64,000 bases of DNA from Lytechinus pictus (Eukaryota): positions 27,282,001 to 27,346,000 of the forward strand of contig NC_087251.1 in assembly GCF_037042905.1 (NCBI RefSeq), read 5' to 3'. The translations under genes were made by a program, and so were the position numbers. The stretch's first letter is position 1, and every line of letters begins with the position of its first letter. Below the pieces are notes generated by a model. That model was not told the origin of the DNA and searched no databases. It was given only the letters and a program-made list of their open reading frames with translations. Below, piece after piece: positions 13,180 to 26,270 of the stretch.

Positions 13180-13329
13180 CTTGTTGTAGAAGGTTTGACC
13201 ATCTGAGCATCTTCCAATCTTTTTCTCCTCTCAACAAGTGACTTCTTATGTTTTTCACCAATAAGGTGCTTTGCATATTCATTAAGTTTGTACGTTTCAA
13301 ACATACACAGGTTGCAGTGATGTTTTGTG
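13180..13329 (-). CDS. ZNF106: ZNF106-like exon, second C2H2 finger
   Basis: TKHHCNLCMFETYKLNEYAKHLIGEKHKKSLVERRKRLEDAQMVKPSTT; YAKHLIGEKHK resembles recalled ZNF106 YAKHISGQLHK. 150 nt, phase 2/2, tag|...|gtcagt. Confidence 0.9.
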
Positions 13330-13758
13330 CTATAGAACAAAGAAAAAAAAGGACAAGATTGGCATTTTAAACTAGATGGATTACAAACTGTACACATAAC
13401 AAAATATTATTATAACAATGCCATTGTAAGATTAAGAATATTTCACACACATATAAAATTCAGAAGGGTTCAAATAATGACCTCTTACATTACAACTTCA
13501 AATTAATCCCTCAAATGGCTCTTCAATTGTCACCAGAAAAAAGTTCAGGTACTGTACATGTACATCGAAGAAAAAAGACGATTGAATGCTTCCCAAATGA
13601 ATATAAAATGAACATACACGAACAGTATGAATACTGTTTTGTCTATTGTGGAATGAAGCATTTACACAATACACTATAATGAAGAATATCATGCTATCAT
13701 CATTTATATTATAATGAATAGATCAAAATATAATTCATTATTGATCAAACAATCCTAC

Positions 13759-13895
13759 CTATTGCATTTATTGTTAATAGCCTTGTGGTGAAGCATAGAC
13801 CAGAGATGCTCTTCAAATTGTATAGAAGAAGGGTAGTCCAAGCTACATAATTTGCATACAAACTTCTGCTTCTCTTTTTCTGTCTTCTCATCCAT
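13759..13895 (-). CDS. ZNF106: ZNF106-like, first coding exon (exon 13759-13914, ATG at 13895); first U1/matrin-type C2H2 finger
   Basis: Translates MDEKTEKEKQKFVCKLCSLDYPSSIQFEEHLWSMLHHKAINNKCN. The CxxC...EHLWSMLHH motif matches the recalled vertebrate ZNF106 EHMRSMLHH. Acceptor ctctag at 13915, donor AG|gtagga, phase 2. Confidence 0.88.
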
Positions 13896-14308
13896 ATTTG
13901 ATCCTAATGTATTTCTAGAGAGGGAAGAACCAAATGTATGTGTAAAACAACAATTTGGAATTGTGAAAATTGGTACAGGATTATCGGGATACTGTACCTT
14001 TGCAGTTCAGAATTCTAGTGTCTGAGGAGGGTGACAATCAAAACATGCACAGCCCCATTTACATGATTTTCCAATGGTAATGTTTGCAGCTCCTGAGTTG
14101 CAGACTAGAATTCTATCCCATAGTGCACTTTGATATAAAAGTAACAAATGCCCAGGTTCAAGCCATGAGGCCCAATTCGCAAAGAATAACTATGGTAGGG
14201 ACAAGGGGTAGGGGAGGGGACTATCCCTAGTTAATGAGAATTTTATAGTTGGATCTGGAGGGTGCGCTAGTGCATCCTATTCTTCATAGATGCTGTTGTT
14301 AGGTGTCA

Positions 14309-14697
14309 GTCGAACCTCCGCCATTAAGAGCCCAATCCACATCCTTAATAATAATAATAACGGTATGCGCTATACACAAAAAGTATCACAGCGCTTACAA
14401 TTGTCAGAAGTAAAATATAAATAAAAATCTTAAGTAACAAAAAAGTATAGAATTGTGTACATTAAATTGCATCAACTATTGGTGTTCTCAACTGCGCCAG
14501 ATGAGGCCTGTGTAGGAGAACAAAAAGATCATAAAATGTTTTAAAAACTCCTCTGAAACAGCGGATATCAGTCTAACTCTAAGGCTAGACATATCCACTG
14601 TTTTGGAGTTTTATAAAAACATTTTCTGATTTTTTTGGTGTCCCCCTTCTGAACAGACAGATGTCTGCCATTGGGCTTATAATGGTGGAGGTTCGAC
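14309..14697. mobile_element. MITE / foldback element
   Basis: Inverted ends gtcgaacctccgccattaagagcccaat / attgggcttataatggtggaggttcgac; no clean TSD found. Confidence 0.6.
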
Positions 14698-15782
14698 CAA
14701 CGCATTACAACGCATTGCCCAAGGCAATAATGGCTGTCATCAGTCTATTGACCATGTATGCCGCGGAGCCAGACGAAGTCTCAGCGGAGCATATCCCTGA
14801 TTACAGGGCGGTAGAACTTGCATCTCACTTGAAATTGATGACTGAAATGAAGTCTATCATCAAGATTAAGAATGATGTCATTATCAATTAGACTAGGATC
14901 TCACGTTAGGCCCAACGTTAGAGTCTTGACCTAATCATGGCATGCTGTCTTATTCTCCAACTCTGATGATGCTCACTCACACCGACTCAGTCAAGGTAGG
15001 CCTGGCCTGCTTAACCATTATGATGTGGTGTCCAAACTTTGCGGCCTTTTCAAAAATATTCTTCAGACTTTAATTTGCTCACAAAATATTCACAATTTAT
15101 ACAAAACTAATTCAAGAAATAGTTACCACCTTGATGGCAAGATCTTAAACTATAAAATCATTGACGAAAATGTGAAGTAGGTCAAGGGGTTTCGCCAGTA
15201 ATGCGATCTCAAATTCTATTTTGATCGACCAAAGCTGGAAAACCGTTCTGAAAAAGTGTGACCTAACTTTGCGGACCAAAGTTTTTGAGATTTTAACAAA
15301 AATTCAAGCTAACGATGACAAATTTGCCAATCTTTTTGTCAATATTTTCATAAATACTAAACTCATCCTAAAGAAACTTACACCAAAAAAGGGTAATTTT
15401 AGGTCGCTCTTCATGTTGATGATGTCAGATTTTAAGAATATTGGTTAGTTTTTGAGATAATGACCGTCTGCGGCTGCGAAGTATGGACGCACGCAAGCAA
15501 AGTTTGGACTAGACAGGAATAACCGTCGTTTCTGGGGATTTATTCAACAATTTCTGACATTTTACTGTAATCCCCATTTACCGACGGTAGGGTGTACGTG
15601 TGGGCTCGCATGTGTTCTCATTCCCTCCCTTTTGTCAATTCACAGTCCAAAGTTTGATGTAATTTTACACATCGAATTTACAATCTAAGGATGTATAAAC
15701 AACAAACTTTTAAAACTTTATATTTTAACATTTAAATACTTTAAACGATATAGATGAAAAAGGCATGAAAAATATACTTTAC

Positions 15783-15860
15783 CGATGTTTAATTGGGTTG
15801 AACACGATAAAAATGGTCAAAATGGCAGCCAAACTATAAAATATTTACAAACGAACGTCA
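15783..15860 (-). other. Probable non-coding first exon of ZNF106-like gene (5' end approximate)
   Basis: Donor CG|gtaaagt at 15783/15782 at the edge of the CpG-rich promoter-like region; the ATG exon has an acceptor and so needs an upstream exon. Confidence 0.45.
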
Positions 15861-16035
15861 ACAATCACGAATGTGATATCGATATTGCTTTCGATATTAT
15901 ACGATCTGCTCCATATGCGAACGAAACCGAAGATAAACGATACTAGTTATACTAGTACTAGTACTAGTTATAATCGCGATATATCGATTCGAGACATTAA
16001 GTTAATACGATAATGACGTCATTCAAGATGGCAAC
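15810..16035. promoter_or_regulatory. Probable bidirectional promoter (ZNF106 / SNAP-25-like)
   Basis: CpG-rich relative to flanks. YY1-like AAATGGC at about 15820 and CAAGATGGC at 16024, DRE TATCGATA at 15877-15884, CRE TGACGTCA at 16014-16021. Outward-facing splice donors on both strands. Confidence 0.55.
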
Positions 16036-16127
16036 TTGCAAGAAAAACCGTCAGGTCAGGTGAAAATGTCTTAGATGACAGATTTCTCAATCATCCAGAG
16101 GATTTTTTTCAATAACTCCGGCCCAAG
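16020..16127 (+). other. Candidate non-coding first exon of SNAP-25-like gene (5' end approximate)
   Basis: Good donor AAG|gtatgc at 16127/16128 just downstream of the promoter motifs. The link to the 40788 acceptor is inferred. Confidence 0.4.
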
Positions 16128-18658
16128 GTATGCAATTACTTAATTTATTTATATTTACCTGATAATGGAAACCATGAAACTTTCAATTTTGCTTAAAAAA
16201 CAGTTTTAAATCGCGATCTATAAAACGCTAGTTCACTATACGTTGGCTGTAGGTACGGGGCCCCATCCCCTTCAGTCTATGTATGGTGAGTGGAGCCAAC
16301 GTAGTTCAGCGGAACAACCAAAATACAGAGACTGAAGCTTTTGGTCTAAGTTTGGACTCACTGCCAGTGCCATACATTAACTTGAACTTTGAAGAATAAA
16401 ATGAAGAGGTTAAGTCAACTCTGACTCAAGTCTGAGACTAATCTTGAGTTGACTCTTGAAGTGTCTGAGAGGAAGTTAATTAAATTTAAATCATGACTTT
16501 TTTGTTTAAAATGTTTTAGTCTTGACTCTCACTCGGTCTCACAGTCACATGTCTCACTTCTCATCTCAGCTCACTCTCAGTCAGCTCAGCTCAGCCACTC
16601 ACTCAATTAGGATGCCCACGAGTATGCGATAACTATTTTCTAACAAAGTTAGCCATTCTCGTCCTCAGCATTTTCTCCACAAACATTTTGGAAAGCGACA
16701 TGTTGTTCAGTATCTTTGTAGTATACTTTCGTCGATCTTGCTCAGCTCCTCCGGTCGGCCCCTCGAAATCATGTGCACCTGCATATCACCAGGTCTGCAT
16801 ATCGGCCACCACTGCACATGCACTGCCCAGCGCAGCTCGAGCTAAATCATAGATGCTCGATCGCCCGAACTTTCCCCAGCCCAGCCCACTGATTCATCGG
16901 CCTCACTCAATACCAAAGACTGGTTAACATATTACAAGCAACACGATTGGTTGTTGAAAACAGCATGAGGGAGTCTTGAACCAATCATGAGGGTTAACAC
17001 ATTGGAATCCCTTCCGGGTTAACCCTGCGGACCGAATAGGCGTTCACCGAAGAAGACCGAGGATATTCGCTGTAAATACACCTTTCCTCTACTCTTTCTC
17101 ACAGTATATGTTTGGAGGTAAGCATTTCAAAGTTTTGTTTGTGAGTTATGATTAGGGTTATTCTTATAGTTTATTGGAAATGAAAATCCTGTTTTTCTAT
17201 CGACGGTCATAATTTTTAGCTGAATTGGTTCGTGCAGTGGAATCACAACACTCGACTCGCAAGGACGGACAAGACTCGGGGCTGGGGCCACCCACTGCCC
17301 AGGCCATGGCCTGGGTGCATCTCTGCCGCCGTGTACAGGAAAATTGAAGGCACGGCGCATTCAACAATAATTCAGTTACAATACTAAACATTTCCCGCAA
17401 ATTTAATAAGAGGATTTACAGAATGAAGTCCTCCTAGTCCTACGAAACTTACCAAACGATGTGAAGTCAATTCCTTCTATTTAATATGATGAATATCCCT
17501 CAAATAGCGTCATAATTAAGCGTTGATTTTTCTTCTCGTTGACAAAATACGGCCCAACCTTGCGAGTTCTCAAATTTTTCGTCTAATGACTAAGTTAATG
17601 AGTGAAAGAGGGCGCCAAGGGCGCGCGATTTATCTTCATATCAAAGACACTACAAGTACAAGGGAAAAACTAGACACAAAAACTATCTTACACGTTAATC
17701 GATGCAAAGCGTTACGCGAAGTCGGCAAAGTGTCCAATCTTTTTACTGAATACTGTAAAGATTTGGTGGAACGTTAATTGACAAACGAACGGTAGCACTT
17801 GCGGGGCTTCGTTCAAGGTACATAGAATTTTCTATATTTTTTGTTTAATTTGTCATCGCTTTGAATATTTTCCAAAAAGTATTATCGTCAGCAAAAATAA
17901 TAAAAAAGTATGTTTTTTAAGTTATTGCATTTATTGGTGTCACTATTTTATCAAACAATCATTGGAATTGCGCATACAATGAATCAAGAATCTAGTTTTA
18001 AAAACACCGACAAGCTGAATTAAGGTTGTGAACTGTATTAGCGCCAACAACGACCTTCCTTTTATTTCCGTGGAAGAAACATGCGAAGCCACTTTCCAGA
18101 CTGAGTGAGGTAAGCGATTTTGCTCGTTTTTTTGTCCTTTTTAAATAAAAAAATATGTTAAAAATTGAAAATGGAACGCTTTTCACCAGAAAAAGCCCTG
18201 GTGAGTAGCGGAATGGGTTTCGGCTAACATCATTCACGTTATGAAGCGATGTTAACGACAACTCTAAAATCCATCGCGTTAACACGTTGGTTGTGCGAGG
18301 TTAGTATTTGTATAACATACTAACCTCGCAATACGTGTGAGTGGGCTAGGGCTAACTTAAGCCCAGGGGCCTGTTTAGGTTAGTCTTGAGGACTCCATGA
18401 TGATGTTTTTTAAAAATATTTTGACATACACTTCTTCATCATGGAGTCTTGACACTCTTCCCATAGATGCATAAGAGACTGACCAAAACAAAGATGGATT
18501 TCCCTTGGATATCCATCTTTTAAGATAAAAATCACATAAATGGTGGTGAATTTATTTATTTTTACACCTTCCTACGCCTAATGCGTATGAAGGTTTCAAA
18601 AATTGGTTAATAAAAATGTTAAAAATTTAAGGTTTCTTACCAGACCGATTTCTTACCA

Positions 18659-18975
18659 GACCCTTGAACTGCTTCGTTATGACGTAGCTACGATTAGCGA
18701 TGTTACAAAATAAAATGCCGTCTTGAAGAACAATTTATAGATAAAAATTATTATTTAACAAATACTAAAATTTAATATGTGATTATAAATAATTATTATA
18801 ATAATAATTATTCATAATCGCGTATTAATACGTGATTATAAATAATTATTATAATAATATCACGTATTAAAGTTTAGTATTTGTTAAATAATAATTTTTA
18901 TTTATAAATTCTTCAAGACGGCATTTTGTAACATCGATAATCGTAGCTACGTCATAACGAAGCGGTTTAAGGGTC
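18659..18975. repeat. About 317-bp palindrome inside the foldback element
   Basis: gacccttgaactgcttcgttatgacgtagctacgatt ... aatcgtagctacgtcataacgaagcggtttaagggtc with an AT-rich centre. Confidence 0.85.
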
Positions 18976-18991
18976 AGACCTATTGTATTTG

Positions 18992-19777
18992 TAGGGACAG
19001 TGATTTTCCGTTTCAAAAAATTGCCTTTTCCGTTTCAGCATGTCAGAAAACGGAAATTCCGTTTCCCCATAGACTTTGTACACACGGAAAAGTGACAATT
19101 CCGTTTACACATTGAATAGCAAAATCACAACACGCACACTCCACTGGTCAAAATTTGTATCTGCTACTGTACCAACAACACAATAAAATCCGTTCTAATC
19201 GGATCTATGCGGGTGCATAAAATATTTTTACACACCCATTTTGCATGCATACATCCTCACCTTTCATATTATTAGCATTATTTCACGGTGAAATGATATT
19301 TCATCGATAATTTTGGGGGTTTTTGGACATCGTTATCATCAGTCAACGGCTTTTCCCCAATCCGCCATCTTGGATTGTAAGACCACGATATCGTGCTGTT
19401 ACATCTTCAAACGTAGAGGGCAGCAACACACGACCGTGTACATGTAGTTGAACGATATGTGTGCATGTGAAGCCCAACCCGGCCGGCCGGGTCCGGGTAC
19501 GGTGCGGGGTACAAACGAGTGTGCTGATGTCGAGTGCAGTCACGATGTGTGAATTGTCATGATAGTAGCGAAGTGAGATCGTGTTTTCTGGGGTTTTTTG
19601 GCCATTTAATATTCTCATTTTGCTGTGATTTTGGAGTAATTTCTGTTGCTATTCTGTGTATTTTGAGGGAAAATACGTTTTCCGTGATTTTCCGTTTGAA
19701 ATGCCACTTTCCGTTTCAAAAGGCCCTTTCCGTGAATTCCGTCCGTTTTCCGCGATCGCGGAAAATCACTGTCCCTA
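18992..19777. mobile_element. hAT-like non-autonomous element with 6-bp TSD (copy 1)
   Basis: TATTTG|tagggacagtgattttccg ... cggaaaatcactgtcccta|TATTTG; subterminal ttccgt repeats. Confidence 0.9.
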
Positions 19778-22700
19778 TATTTGCTTTGTTGACAAACGGA
19801 TCGAGGGATCTACACGAGATCGGTCTGGTAAGAAACCTTCAATTTTTAACATTTTTATTAACCAATTTTTGAAACCTTCATACGCATTAGGCGTAGGAAG
19901 GTGTAAAAATATATAAAAATCACCACCATTTACGTGATTTTTATCTTAAAATATGGATTTCCTAGGGAAATCCATCTTTGTTTTGGTCAGTCTCTTATGC
20001 GTCTATGGGAAGAGTGTCAAGACTCCATGATGAAGAAGTATATGTCAAAATATTAAAAAAAACATCATCATGGAGTCCTCAAGACTAGGGCCTGTTGCAT
20101 GAAAGGGTCTTTGGTAGAACCGTTCTACATAAGAACGAGATATCGCTCAACTGTTTCACAAAACCGATTTGAGAGATACGAAGAATGGTCCTTGGAAAGA
20201 CATCTCCAGACATTTCCTACGTAGATATGATCTTCTTTTGTACACCGCCCACCACCGTCGGCATTGAGAGAAAATGCGTTTACGGCAAGCCATCACCTTT
20301 AAACATTTTTGGGGGTCATTCGATTGCACTCTGATGCATTTTATCTGGGATGGCGCCAAGTTATTTTTATATGGGGTTGTCATCAATTTCACGGCAAAAC
20401 GGATGTAATTTTCACTTCTCCAGGGTAATCTTACCTCAAGCGATGTTCGTGCAGGCTCCACTCCACTTCACTACTGCTACACTACGCTCCACCTACCCGA
20501 ACATCGAGACCAAAAACTCGCTCTGATACTCCGAGTGACAAAAGTGGGATTTTATGGGGGGAAATAATAAATTTCATGCAACATCATGATCTTTAAAAAC
20601 AATTAAAACTACTATTTTTACTTTACACAAAGTTTTACTTTTTCATGCTTTTCCATGGGTCTGAGCTCGGACCCTCGCGCATGCGCATGCGATGTTTTGA
20701 AATCGGCAGCGAATTATTCATGCGTGTGAGGAACTCCATGTTGGTTTAAATCACCAAATTTGAGACTAATAGAAGCACGGACAAGAAGTGAAACTTTGTG
20801 TAAAGAATTTTTTTTTTTATTATTGCAAAGCACTTCTTTACCCACTTGATATGATTTGCAGCAATTTTCATATTTTGCTTGTCTTCTGATAATTTTCATG
20901 CAAAGGTATATGTTTATACTTTAAACACTCACATTTGTCTTTCTTGCGTTATATCTGACAAATAAAATAAATTCGATTTTTCACACGCAGCCTCTCATAT
21001 TTTTCTTTTTAGTCTCATACAATCAGACACGTTGATTTTGTTTACTCCATTCAAACCCTACTTTTACCTCAACAAATAACATTTAAACTTAAAGCATATT
21101 TTTGCAAAATTTTTATTATAAATAAGTATTCTATAAAAAATCAGAATATTGAACTAATACAATGTCAAAATTACTTATAATTACATCAATTTTTATGTCG
21201 GACAAGGGTCTCTTTCCTTGAAATATCAATAAAAGGTGTCTCTAAAAGGGCACCGTGTTCTAGATAAGGGAAATAATGAAAATTACGAATTTATCCAGTT
21301 ATGTTTGTGAATCTTTGACTTTTTTTCCTTTTTTACCTCATAAAGTAATCTCCATACATCAATTCTACAATCAGTAATACATAAACAATTATTTGATCTC
21401 CATTTATTGAAATGTATGATTTTATGAAAAGTCGTCATTCCAAAATAAAAGGTTCAGGTGATGATGAAGACTAAATATTTTTCCGATACTATCGATATCA
21501 AACGATGTCGCGGACTTGGAAGGCAAACTTGCCTTCGTGAAACGGAAAGCGCTTATTTGTCGCCAATCTTCCTATCTCGGAAGAATGGTCCTAGGACGTT
21601 CCTACGTATCGCTCATCTCGTCATGAAACAGGCCCCAGTGGCCCGTCTTACCAAGAGTTGCGATTGATCCGATCAATCGCAACTATGGATGACCAGCAAC
21701 GTCAACATCTATTAGTGTTATGCATGTTTGTTCAAAATATTGGCAAGAGTTCCATATGAACCCCCACTAAAATTGAAAATAAAAACATGGATGGAGAAGG
21801 TTTAGAATAATATAGAACATATATGATGGGGGAGTGGAAATACATACCACAGACCTGCCAACCAGTACGATTTTCCCGTATTTAGTACGATTTTTAAATT
21901 AAAATACGGGCAAACAATTTTTTACTTTAATACGATTTTCAAGTTTTAAAAAATGTATCTTTTTTATGCTTAAAAAAATATTTGCGATTTTGGCGTTCCA
22001 TACTAAAAAGCGATTTTGAAGCTCAGTGGCACTTGCATAGATCACGGCACGCTAAACACGCTGAACTCCCACTCAGACCCTGACGCCAAAAAAAAACGGC
22101 TTGCCACCTTTGTGTCATATAAAAACAAGTGGCTGCTGTAATTGTTGTTCCAACATTATGTATACGGCTATGCATTGTGGGGTAGCAAGATGGCGGATAA
22201 TGGTGATCGAGGCACGCACAATATCCATTCATTTTAAGACTTGAACGGGCGACGCGTGGATGCTTGTGTCGGTGGCCGCCGTGGCCTACCGCTGCGCTAG
22301 CGCTAAGCAAGCGGTGTGCTGGCTTCGTTGTTTGCGGCTCATCATGTGTGCGGTGCATTTAATGGCTGCGGTGTTTGATTCCTTGAACTCCTGATATTTC
22401 CATCTCGGATAATGGATTCATACCTAAGAAACAGGAGAGTAACAGAGGCGATTCTCACTCTGGTCTATCCAAAAGATGGAGAATGAGCAGCGGTGATAAG
22501 TAAGTTTGTCAAAATGCAAACTCCCGGCACAGCGCATTAAGCGCTTTGGCTGCAAGTGCCAGGCCGGCCGCGGCTTGCCCTGGTGATCACGCTGCACTGC
22601 ACTGGCTCCGCGGCCGTGTTGTGCATGGAGTCTAGCGTAAGCTACGCGTACGCTGATATTTTGTTCAATGTGGTTTTTTTTTTACCCAAATGAGATTGAA

Positions 22701-22943
22701 CAGTGTGAAAACGATAGAAGGATGGAGTGCTCTGATGATGTGGATCACAATTTATATGAAGGCAGTACTTGATTGACTCTTCAGAATATCTGAACAATTT
22801 TCACAAATCTTCAAAAGTTTTTGAAATGTCATAAGTTTGAAAGTAAAAAAAGTTGGAATTCTGTATTGGTTCATGAAAATGAAACTTGGACATTAGAGTA
22901 ATTAATTATCACTGATAATTTTGCATGAATTTCAGGCCATCTG

Positions 22944-25197
22944 CAGAGATGCCAACCGTTACGTTTTTGCCGTATTTGTTACGTTTTTTTCACCCAAAAT
23001 ACGGCGTTCCTTTTTTTCTTTGTAAAATACGTTTTCTTAAAATTTTGGTCGTGTACAATATGCATTGTGTTTAGCTAGCTGGGTGTTTAAGGTGAGTGTG
23101 CATTACGATAGGTAGTGCGGTAATGAATTACGCATGAAAAATCCCCAATGTGGTGGTGCTTTGTGCAGGGCATAAATTAAGGTATACCATAAAATTAATC
23201 GACGGCCAGGCCGTCGATGCTCCTATAACTGGCCGTGATGCCTTTACAAAAAGTGATCAATTCACGGCCAAAAAGGCCGTGCCCTTTTTTTCTACCTGGC
23301 CGACGTGCCCTTTTTCAAAACTGGTCATGTCCTTTCTCAGTGTAAGATTAAAGTTTGAAAGTTCTCCCATATTTCACAAGCAAAAATACAGAAGAGAGAG
23401 AGAAAAAAACAAAGTTAAAAACTAACTCAGATCAATTCAAACTGCAAGCCATTTTCCGTGATTTTCTGGGATCTAGACACACACGCAAAGTTAGCATACA
23501 GTGTACATGTACCAGCTGCCGCACGTGGCTTGGCCTGCCTGCCTGTGTGGTGTGTGGCATGCTTGCATGATCGGAGGAGATTTGCAAACTCTGAATCAAA
23601 GTGAACAATCTCACATGATTAACAGTTTTTCCAACAAAATAATCACAAAATCGGCAGGACATTTTTATAATTACATATATATGGATCCTCAGATTAATGA
23701 TTTGGTGATGTAGTCGTAGGAGCAAGTTATCGAGTTTTCATTACTAGATCGGTCTAGTTGCTTCAGCTTTTGTTTTGAGTGAAATTGAGTCTTATCGTGT
23801 TCGCACCGATAACAAGAAGACAAGACAATGGTAAGAGAGATGGTGTGATGCCGCGATGTTCATTTTATTAAAGTTTGACAATGTTTCACTTTGAAATTTT
23901 ATTCGTTTCTAAAACATTTTAGTTTTCTAACAATTTTTAAATATATTATAAAAAAGACAAATATCAGTAAGATTTTTGTTAGTTGATTACATTTGTTTTG
24001 TTTGCTTGAAGCTTGAATTTTTTTCCTCTTTAATTCTTTCTTCATTTCTTTCTTTATTGCTTTCTTTCGTTCATTTTCTTTCTTTTCTATCTTTTTTTCT
24101 TCATCCTTTCTTCTATCCTTCCTGCTTGCTTTTTTTGTTCTATCTTATTTCAAATCTTTCCTAGCTTTCTTTCCTGATCCTTTCTCTCTCTCTGTTCATT
24201 TTTTGTTCTTCCCTTTCTTCCTTTTCTTACTTTCCTTTTATTTCCTTCTTTCTTTCCTTATTTTTTTGTTCCCTTCCTCTCTTCTCTTTTCATTCTTTCT
24301 GTCATTCCCTCTTTCTTCTTTTCTTTCATTCTTTTCTTGCTTTCACTCTCTCTTTCGCTTCATCCTTTCCTTCCTTTTCTTTTCCTTTCCCTTATTCTTT
24401 CTTATCTTCCTTCCTGATTTTTTCTCTTTCTTTTTCTTTTTCCATTCCTTCTTTCTCCATCCTATCTTTTCTAAATTCCCTTTTCCATTCCATCTATATT
24501 TATTTCTTATTATTTCCTAGCTTTCCTTCCTTTTTTCTGTGTTCATTTATTTTCTTCATTCTTTCCTTCTTTACATGTCCCTCATTGTTTTTCTTTCTTT
24601 CTTTCTCTTACTTTCCTTTTTTTTTTCATTTTTTCTTTCATTCTTTCATTTCTTAAAATTGTCTTTGCATCCTTTTCCCTTCCTCTCCCTTTTCTTTTTC
24701 TTTCTCTCTTATTATTTTCTTTCTTTTTTATTCTTTCCTTCCTCTCTTTCATCCTTTATTTCATTCTTTTTCCTTTGTTTTCTTCTTTCTTTTTCTCAAG
24801 GAATGACAAAAAAAAATTCTTTCCTTCATTCATCCTCCATGTTTTTTTTTCCTTTTTTTCGTTCAAACATTCATTCATCATCCCTTCCTTTCTATTTCTT
24901 TCTTTTTTTCTGTTTTATTTATTTCAAAGAATGAAGGAAACCTTTCTTCTTTCCTTTATTATTTCTTTCATCCTTCTTTTATTCTAACTTTCTTTCTTTT
25001 TTCCTTAATTTTCTTTAATTCATTTTTTCTTTGTTTCTTCTTTTATAATTATTTTCAGTGATTCCCTTTTTTTTATTTTGTGCCACGGTTCGGTCGTTTT
25101 GCTTCATCATATTTTACAAAATACTTTTTTTTAAATCAAAATACTGTTTTTTTCCTCTCAAAATACTGTTTTTGCTTTATGGAGGTTGGCATCTCTG
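22944..25197. mobile_element. hAT-like non-autonomous element with 6-bp TSD, innermost of nest B
   Basis: CATCTG|cagagatgccaacc ... ggttggcatctctg|CATCTG. Confidence 0.9.
24020..25060 (+). repeat. About 1-kb pyrimidine-rich low-complexity tract
   Basis: Degenerate (TTTC/TTCC)n with very few G. Confidence 0.9.
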
Positions 25198-26270
25198 CAT
25201 CTGATTAAGGTCAAATGATATTTTGAGGTAAATGAACTTGGTATTTTTATCGTATGATATTATCATTATTATTTTTTTTGCATTTGTGGAGGAAATGACA
25301 AAACAAAAAAAGTCCCTACTGTAGAAGGGGAGGACAACTCCCCCCCCTTGCGCGTTCCGCGCATTTTTTTTTTTTAATACAGTTTTTTTTGGGAAAATAC
25401 AGTTTTTGTTATCACAGAATACAATTTTTCATTCCCAGAGGTTGGCAGGTCTGATACCAAAATATGGCTTTATTCCGTCAAATTTCGAGCAGGATCTAGT
25501 GCGTGTAATTATCCATAGACTTCGGTTTATTTAGTCAGTAAAGGGTCTGTGAGTCTAGACTAGTCGACCTATTGGCTGATAATCGTTAAAATACCCCTTC
25601 AGTTATCAGTGCTTCTCGCTAGCATAGCGGGAAGAGGTCTTGACTGCAGATAAAATGAGGTGAGTTCAAGTCCCAACTAAGGTAAGCAACAGTTAAACAA
25701 TGATAGAAAAATCTGAGGTGAAAGAACCGGAAGTCTCAACAATCTTTTATTTTTGGTGGGGGGTGCATATGGAACTCTTTCCAAAATATTTTACAGCTAT
25801 GATGTATAGAACCTATTCACGCATTCATTGTTTTCTTGAAAATTCACTGTGCTTCTCTTTGTTTACAAAGGACATTGTGCAAATTTCCTGTAGAAAAAAT
25901 TCTGACACTGATGCTGGATTTCCATAGAAGACGGGGCCCTGATCTGCCACTGTACTGTAATGTAGGCTCCGATCTAGACAGCTGGCAGCCGTCTGTTTCG
26001 AGGAGTTTTTAAACATTTTTTTACACAGACGGCTCGCGATCGTGGAGCCGCCATTAGGGGGTTAACATTGCAAAATCACCCCGACAGGGCTCATCGATTT
26101 TTGTCTTTATTTCATAAAAATATATTAAAAAACTGGACCAAAATACAGATTATTATTCCATTTTGGCCTGAAATGCACTAAAACAGGAAAAAATTAATCT
26201 AAAAGGGGAAAAAACAGTGACTTACTTCGGCTGTCGCGCAACTCCCACTCCCTGATTTATCCAAACTTAA

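Larger units (their letters stand above)
18381..20087. mobile_element. Long-TIR foldback element (TAG...CTA termini, about 270-bp TIRs)
   Basis: 18381-18649 is inverted at 19819-20087. A 9-bp duplication gggcctgtt lies at 18367-18375 and 20088-20096, with 5 extra nt (taggt) on the left. Confidence 0.85.
18367..21635. mobile_element. PIF/Harbinger-like non-autonomous element (host of nest A)
   Basis: CAG|gggcctgttt ... aaacaggccc|CAG: 3-bp TSD and GGGCC termini. Confidence 0.8.
21850..25453. mobile_element. hAT-like non-autonomous element with 6-bp TSD
   Basis: ATACCA|cagacctgccaacc ... ggttggcaggtctg|ATACCA. Confidence 0.88.
21742..25782. mobile_element. TIR element with GG...CC termini and 8-bp TSD (Merlin- or MULE-like)
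   Basis: AAAATATT|ggcaagagttccatatgaaccccc ... gggggtgcatatggaactctttcc|AAAATATT. Confidence 0.8.
21639..25938. mobile_element. Harbinger-like MITE split by nested insertions (host of nest B)
   Basis: tggcccgtctt ... aagacggggcc, flanked by CAG/CTG. Confidence 0.65.

Noticed and set aside
20156..20461. 101-aa ORF in the Harbinger-like element, possibly a Myb/SANT remnant
   Set aside because: No motif I can recognise; it would need an HMM search.
23976..24987. Phe/Leu/Ser-rich membrane-like ORFs
   Set aside because: Translation of a TC-rich low-complexity tract.
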